From contig JAQGDQ010000018.1 in the NCBI GenBank assembly GCA_030141605.1, positions 372,001-436,000 of the forward strand: a stretch of 64,000 bases of DNA, given 5' to 3'. The notes beneath the pieces are model-generated. The model saw only the letters and a program-made list of their open reading frames with translations, ran no database searches and was not told the DNA's origin. This stretch comes from Tubiluchus corallicola. Taxonomy: Eukaryota; Animalia; Priapulida. Each line of letters starts with the position of its first letter. Within the stretch, counting starts at the first letter, position 1. Position numbers and translations under genes: made by a program. Below are positions 52,701 through 61,700 of this stretch, one piece after another.

Positions 52701-55700
52701 CATGGCAGAAGTACAAGATGTGAACATGCAGAATAGAGGAAACAATTACTTTTGCAGTAACTTATATCCGATTTGAAGAACGTAGTGAAAAATTGTGTAC
52801 TAAAAAAGACAAAATAGTGCATGTTCCAACCCATGGAGCCTAAAAAAAGTTTAAGAATAACGTAACTGAGTTAAAACACTTGATTTTAAGCAGCTATTAC
52901 AGACTAAGTTGAGCTGCCAATACAAAACAAAGTGAAATAATATTAAAATACATACAACAATGAGCTCCTTCATCAGAGCCGTCATCGCAATCAAGATGAC
53001 CATCGCATACCCATGTCTTCACAATACATCTTGTATCATTACATTGAAACTGATCCTCATCACATTTATAATCTAAACAGAAAAGCAAACAAAATGATTG
53101 AAATCAAAACCTACAACTTTGATGGTGCAAGAAAAGGACTTACGACAATTTACTTATTTACTATAATAAGCTTAACCATAACAGAAGTTTCAAAAATAAA
53201 ACAGTATTTCATAAAAAAGCATGAAGCGACTTCACCAAATTTACTTTTTAAGCAAGTTTTTCACCCAAATTAAAGTTCTGCTGTACTAGCTGTAGAAAAT
53301 TAAGAAAAGCAAAGCAACCAAAATGAGAGAGTAGATTCATTATTTATGCTTTACCACATCCTTCTTCATCACTTGCATCTGGACAATCTTCATCATGATC
53401 ACACCTCCAGCTTTGGTTGATACAAGAGTCATTAGATTTGCACGCAAACTGATCTGGTGAACAAGTAGTCGGCATAGCTAAAGTGAAAGAATTGTCTGGT
53501 TAAAAATGATTGCCCAAAATATCATATGTGACTCTTCCGAACGAGAAAGTATGAATATAACAAAAAAAAACGTAATAATGGTAGCAGAAGAAATGCTAAG
53601 ATTATGACACAGATACAGCTTAATGAAAATTAAAATAATGATTCATCAATCGATACAGCAAAATTGTGATGGCATTAACCGTTATAACTTTGTAGAAGTA
53701 ATGTTTTTTCAGAACAAAATAAACGTACACAAAAATGCACAAGTATTATGATAACACCTTAAAAACATTACAAAAACATTACAAGATTGAACTTCACTCT
53801 AAACACTCGCACTTACTCTCTTATCCACCCTCTAACTCAATCACATTTCCACAAACTCGTCCTTTTTGGATACCTACCTTCATGATAACAGCAAGTTTGG
53901 GGATACAAAGGTTTACTGCACAAAAAAGAAAATGTCAGTTGTCACACTAAACAGAGTAATTAGTTTGACTGTGGAAAACATTACTTCTATAATTAATGCA
54001 TGCCACCAAATACCTACAACATTACATGACTTCAGCTTTATTTTTATTGCATACAAAATCTGTGAAAAGCTGTACAAGCTATGACAATTGATATAAAGGT
54101 TGAGAAAAGTAAGGTTTGTGCACAGTTTAGTGCGACTAAAGGTTTTCACGAAAGCAAGCAAGTTCAAAGGCTGAAATCATGCAAGTACTGACTAGCATTA
54201 ATGTTTTCTCCAAAGTACTCCAGTTCTGGATTGCTAATCAATAAAATCAGTGACATAAATAGTTAACTAGCAGCTTTTCAAAAGCAGCGTTTGACAGTTA
54301 TATATATTAATGGAATATATTAAGGCAGAAATCCATGTTTATTTTGGACAAACCAAAACAAGCATTAATCAAAGCATCTAGCCTGATAAACTTAAGCACG
54401 TTTTTCATAACATGCAGTGTTGAACCTGCTTTTGACTGCAAGATAATGACACACACTTCTAGCAGTTATTGCAGTATAACCTCTTATTATATTACTTAAC
54501 ACTCAACAGCATTTCATTGTAATTTGATCACCATATTTCAGCACATCAGCATATTTCTACTGCACCGTTTCTACTGAAACATACCTGTACAATAACTAAT
54601 AAAATACCACGCTGTAACCATTGTTACATAATCATTGTTAGCACCACTTTGCTTTTACGTAGATAAAGGCACTGGCACTTTGAACTGAAGTCATGTAGTA
54701 CTTACTATCACAGTCGAGTTCATCGCTCATGTCCCAGCAGTCATTCTGTCCATCACACCTCCAGCTTTCTTCAATGCATGCAGTTGTATTTGGACAATTA
54801 ATCATTTTATTCTTTGGCGAATAGCCTTTTACAGGTACGCTGCAGTTTCGAGGGGCTGAAACATATCAACTTATAACATAAACATATGATTTACTCATAG
54901 TTATTGAACTAAATTTAATTTAGAATGAATAAAACGTTGAATGCCTCTTACAGTCTCATAACAGATTATTATTATTTTTTAATAATAATAAATTTATTTG
55001 GAAATGCAAATACAATATCTAGAAACACTGAGAAAAATAGACATTAATAATAATGATTTAATTTTGATATGACAGCATATAATAAATGGCAAGAGCCAGA
55101 AGTAAAACTTGTTAGGTGCTTGCACCATTGTAAACACGTCCAAATAATAATTAAAAAAATGAAAAAAATGGGGTTTTTAGGCAATTTTAAAAAAAGTTGT
55201 GCAACACCTGGATAAAATGAATAAAAAAATGTTTAAAAGGATAGGAAGAGTGGCTTGTGAAGATTCAGCTCATGAGATGACGAAGCATTCTGGATTCTAC
55301 TAAAACGAACACAAAGTTACGACTGTTGTGTCACACAAGCACAATATCTAGTTACCTTATATAAATAGAGACTAATTTATATAAGAAGCAAACAGATATC
55401 GTTTCACTGATGTTTTAAAGCAGTAAATGTTACACTGGCGCTTTACATTGGTTGGTAGTGAGTTCCAAAGTTTAGGTCCGCTATAGCTAATGAAATGTTA
55501 TGCAATATTGGTTCTGCAGTAACGGAGTTGGTAATCATTATAGCGAGTATTATGTGATTTGACATTCTTAATTACAGGGTTCTTGAAATATGTAAGGAAT
55601 TGTTAGTCTTATAAATAAAAATGGCAGTGTTATAGGAAATCAGATAATCAATTAGTAATATTCTACATTCACTATAGTATGATTTAGTAAGTGAACTGAA

Positions 55701-58700
55701 TTTGGAGTCTGTACAGGGTGGGTACAAATTTATGTTGCAAGCTGGATTTGAAGTGGATTTAAGTTGGTCTTGTAACTACTATCCCAAAGCCCAAAGTGTA
55801 TTTATATAGGAAAGATATGATAAGACTAATGTGTTATATAAAGTTATTAAGTGAAATCGAGTTAGGGAATTTTGAATGTTATTATACCTATATTTATTTC
55901 ACTCCTTCATATATGAATTTAGACTTGTAATTTGAGAACAGAACTATAGAAGAATTTTCATTAGCCTGCGCATTTTGACTATATGCTGCAAGTTTATCAC
56001 TCGTGAATTTCAAAATTTTAAATTAATAAAAAATGCTGATGGTCTTACGACAATGCATTTCATCACTGGCGTCCTCACAGTCAGGTGAATAGTCACACTT
56101 TCTTGATGCTTCGATGCACATGCCTTTTGTACAACGAAATCCATCCTTACAGCCTGCAAAGTCAAGCACAAGACAACATGAATTGTTGTTATGTACATAG
56201 AACTTAAACACAGATTGAAAATGCAAAAAACTAAGAACATGTTCACTGATACTAGCAATTATAAGAGCATTTTTACATCACAACTACAAACGCATTTTGA
56301 TTTGTTTAACACCTTCATATTAAACTAGTCTGAAATGCAAACCATTGGTTTATTTGCTTGTTTAGTTTTTTTGCCCAACTGCCAGGATGTCTCTGAAACA
56401 CTAATTACCATTGTTATGGAACACTCTACCGCCACAAAGTATCCTTTGCCAAATTTTAGCTTTCTAGCTGCTTTCGAGCTGAGATACGTTCCTTAAAAAT
56501 AACTAGCAAAAACTGTCAGCTCTGATCACTTTGACTTTTGTACAAGCTACAAAGCAAACCCATTTTGGTTAAAATGTAACTTTTCCTCTGTTCCTTTCGT
56601 GCTCTCTCTCTCTCCCACCTCCCTTCTCCTCCCTTCCCTCTCCATCTCTCCCTCTATTTCTCTCTTTTCTCTGCCACCCTCCATCCCCTTTCTTTCTCTC
56701 TGCTAATCTCTCTCCATTCTCCCTTCCTTCCCTCCACTTTCTCTCTCTTATCTCTCTTTCTTTCTCTCACTCCCTGATTCTTTTCCCTTCGTGTTCTGGT
56801 CATTGCCCATTCAACTTTGTCTTGTAAAACTTATTATTACTATTAAAGCATCTGTGCGTAATTAGAACACACAATTGTGCCATTGTCGACTTTATATGCT
56901 CAAAGAATTTTTCCTATTGAAGCGAAACTTAATTATCGAAAAATTGGCCATATCCCGAATGGAAATAAATTTTTTCGAAAAGGCATGATCAAGCCAACAT
57001 AAAAAGCTCAGCTGAAATGATAGTAATAAGCAACCTGTTAAGAGATTACAGTTGCAGTTTTCGATCAAAATTTTGATGAATATCTAGTACCAATATGCAT
57101 TGTTTGCTTCACAAGTAAATTACAAAACTTTGAATTAAATGAAGGAGAGCATAAACAAATACTAGAACAACAGCAGCATGGAAAAACAAATATCTCTATT
57201 ATTCACAAGCAAAAATACTTACTGCAATTGAATTCATCGGTGAAATCACGGCAGTCATACTGACCATTGCAGCGTAATTCTATGCGAAGGCATCGACCAC
57301 TGTCACAAGAAAAATGTTTTGGTGGACACCGTCGTATTACTAAGGAAGAAATAAAAAGACTTTACTTGCTACGATAGCATACCGTAATACAGTATTATTA
57401 CCAATTAAAGAGCACATTTACTATATAAATTAGTTTTCTATTTAGTTATTATTTATTTGTCCTATTTGTAACACTGTAATAATAATAATAAATTTCCTAA
57501 AACTAATATATGACATTAAACCTGGAACGATTTGACTTTCCTACTATACCTAACATTTGAATAAAATGCATCAACTTACAGCAGTACTGACTGTTCTCAT
57601 CTTCGCCATTTGGACAGTGTGGAACACCGTCACATGTAAGCTCTGAATTAATGCACAAACCGCTATCACATTGGAACTGGTACTCTGTGCACGTTCCATT
57701 TAAACCTGCAAAATCAATTAAATCATGGGTGGATATATACAACAATTAGTGCTAATTAGACTCGACAAAAATCTAAAAACAAAACAGGCATATCATTTTC
57801 CACTAGCAAACTATGTTCACTAGACGCATATAGCTAATTAATGTACAATGAACTGTCAGCAATAATCAAAAATTTAATTTTAAAATAAATTCAAAATACA
57901 AAAATGCCTTACTTATAATTTGTACTGGGGCTATTTACCTGTACAAGTTCTAAGATCTTCCTGCAGCACTCTGCCTTCATAACAGCCACAGAAAACTACA
58001 CCAAATTCATCAGTGTTGCAGATCTCCTGGCAAAATCCTTTGCTGTGTTCACATGGGTAAACAGTGCCTTCAAAATGAAAAATGACCACATTTGCCACAT
58101 ATCGTAACAGACAGAGATGTTAAGTGTCCATTTAAACCATGACAAACCAATGTTGATTATGTTAGGTAATGTGGACAATACCAATAATGATGACAGCAAT
58201 GATGATGATGGTAGTAAGGCAAAAATTAAAGCATGAAATACAAAAATAAATTAACACATTTATGGCATGTAGCTATAATTTCATACTTTTATTATTATTT
58301 GTTATTTGGGTGATTTGAATTAACCAGCACCAGGTGCAGGAATATTTTTATTTTCTACATAACAGTCAGAACAATAATGTATTCATAATTGTAAAAGAAG
58401 AAGTCAAATTATGACCATGACAAGTCTCAGAAGAGCATGTTATTTTCATAATAATGTATTTGGCTTAGTTGATTCAACTGTTTTTCGGCTTAGCATTATA
58501 TCATTTAAAATTAACATTATTCAAAATTTTTAACATTATTTTTTGCAATCCCACAACATTTTGTTACAAGTCACTATAAATCATTGTTCCTGATAATACA
58601 AGCTTACATGAAGCGCAATTTTTGTAAGCTCCTACTTAAATGCCTAAAATGAAAAGCGGAAGATTTAAGTGTTAGTGTGCAGGGAGACAAGTTCAAAATG

Positions 58701-61700
58701 CAATAATTGCTGAAGATACTACTGCTAAATAGTAATGAATTAGATAATAATGCTGATGATGATAACTTAGATGAAGAACATAAAAAAGTTCTGTCACATT
58801 AACTATTTATGAAACCACCATCATGCACTTACAATCGTTGGTGTTATTAGCCACAACAACAAGACCCATCGGCTGTCGAGGAATCTTGTCCTTTAGTGCA
58901 ATCATGTCACCACCTGTGTATTTGTTCACTTGAAAAATGGAACGAGCATGCCAGTCCGTAAAATACAGCATTTCATCAAAAACAGCTAAGCTGAATGGAT
59001 GATTTGGACTCCTCAAAGTCAACACAACCTAGATGAAAATATACAAATCTTAAGCTTTATTTTATTGATTATAGCACTTTTTTACTTACAGCTGACTTTG
59101 TCACAACTTAAATTGCAAATCAACAAATAAGAAAATAACTGCTTCTAAACCACAAAGCTGTAAATACCTTTCTATTGCTGCCATCTACATTACAGCGTTC
59201 AATTTTATCAAGCCTTGCATCAGCCCAGTACAGTTTCTTTGAGAAGTAGTCAATCGTCAGCGCATTAGGAATTCGAATGTTTGTATCAATTATAGATTCT
59301 ACATGATAACCACTAAGAAGAGCTCGCTGAATGCTTGGTCTCTTTCCATGCCAATTAGTCCAGTACATATATCTGAAAATGTACATAGGTTTTTTAAATA
59401 GTAAACAATATGTTTGCTAGTAAAACAGTCAAGATTCGGTTTAACATATTTGTCCAGATTGAAAGTTTTGCAGCCTAACCAAATTAGTTCAAATTTGAAA
59501 TAAATTTTTGAAGTCAAACTTACGATTCGCACGTATCAAGCACAATAGCTCGAGGTCGATCTCGATCCGATAACTGCACGACAACTTCCACTCTCTGATC
59601 AGAATCCTTCTTCAAATTAATGCGACTAATTGTCTGAGCGTTATAGCTTGTCCAGTACAGGTCCTCATGACTGCTATCATATGCTAATCCTTCCACATTT
59701 CCCTGATCTAGAAAAAATATTATGAAACAATACTGTTAGGATTGAGTTTTCTAAAAAAAGTAATTGTTAACTATGGAATGGGAAAAAACTATAAACTGAG
59801 TAAAAGAGAAGTTCTGTTAGATCAGTAAAAAGAAATTCATGCTTTTAAAGATGTAAACACATGGGAGTTGTAAAAGTGCGTGTGATTATGTTAAAACAGC
59901 ACAAAACATATCAGGTTGTTATGAAAACAGGTTCACCAGTGAAAATGAGAGGTAGTCCTCCAAACAAAATTATTTGTGAGTTTGCATAGCAAAATCGTCC
60001 ATAAGTCGGCAATTAAGTTTTTCTGGTTATTCACATATCTTCAATCTCCATTTCACGAGGATCACTTTTATATAAAAGTTCACCGCTCTATGTTATTTCT
60101 AAGCTGAGATAATCCACATTGAAGTTGAGGTGCAGGTTATGCACCGAAAAACGTAATCTTGAGAAAAACGCTGTTAAAGTCAGCCATTGTTTTTTGTCGC
60201 ATCTCTAGAAAATACTTAGCAACCATGCAAACTTTGGTTGCCACGGACTTCGCAAAACCACATTGAAGTGATGTTTAAATCCAGTAGATGGCTCTACCTG
60301 ATGAAGATCTGGGCTTGGCAACAGAAAAAATCTGAAGCAAAATGACAGCTTCCATGAGCACAATTGCAGTTTGAAAATAGGAGTTTTTTATAATTGCATT
60401 ACTGATTTCTAGACAGAAAAGTGGGTAAGGAATTATAAAATTGTTTTTAGTGTTTTCCAAACACTTTTTTGATAGTTTGGTGCCAGAATATAAAAGTCCA
60501 ATATATTTAGCATTGGTTTTTACAAAATACGAAAAATTGACACTTGACCAAATTCTTGGGTCATTCTGCTTTGAAGTATCATAACTCAGTTTTAACTATA
60601 CCGATTTATGGGCGGTTTTGGTATGCAAGCACACATTTTGATTTGTAAGTCATTGCTCCCATAGTTTAGTAGTTAAGCTCAGCAATTCTGCCAGTAAAAT
60701 GAGACGCAAGAAACAAATGAGTTCAGTACCGAAAAAACCTAGTAATATTATACTATTAACAATAGAAAATATATCACTTTGGTTACTCACCTGCTGCTAT
60801 AACTTCATTGTCACTGCCACTGAATGAAACTGACTGTATGTTTCCAAGAGTAATGTCACTATAGAACAATCGCTGGTGCTTCCAGTCAAATGCGAGCCCA
60901 ATAACATTTTTCATGCATGTTTCATTCTTGATTGATTGGTAAGGGCTATTCTTATTTTTCACATCATAAATGTTAATACTGTCAATGCGATCTCCACGAG
61001 AGTACATAAGAAATGCATCGTACACTGAAATAAATATAGGAAAACACTTTGACTAGCAGAAGAATACGACAAAACAAGTATTAAACTCAGCCTTGCTTCA
61101 ACAGATGTAAACTGCAAATAAAACATCAAATTTTAGTACTGACCTTCACATGAGACATTATCTGCAGCCAGTCTCCCATGTGAGCAAGCACATCGTATCT
61201 TGCTGCCCTCTCCAACATGAAAACATAAGCCTTCGCAACCACCATTATCTACACACACATTTGTGCCTGAAAACATACCGACGTCAATTTCCTATGTTCA
61301 TGGTACAGATACATGCTAAATGAGCACTAAAAAATTGTGCTAATTAAGCTTTTTCTGAATGCAGTTAAAATGTTATATAAACTTTAGCACATAGGTGATG
61401 CAGTCCAATGGTAAAGGCTTTTTTGGATACGAATGTAATATGATAAAGCAACAAGCAATGCTGAGAGCAATGTTGATTAATAAAAAAAATTTATCTGCAC
61501 ATCTATTAATACCAAAGAACAAGTTCTCACATGTGAAGATTCATGCCACTCCCAGTCAAGTTTTTGTTTCGTCTTGATCACAGTGCCCTGGAGGGTAACT
61601 ACCAGGTATTTATTTTTCAAAAAAATTATTTCTATCTGAGATAAGACCGATTTTTCAATAGAAAAAATGCCTTGAGCAGATGGCAAAATACTGCTTAGAC

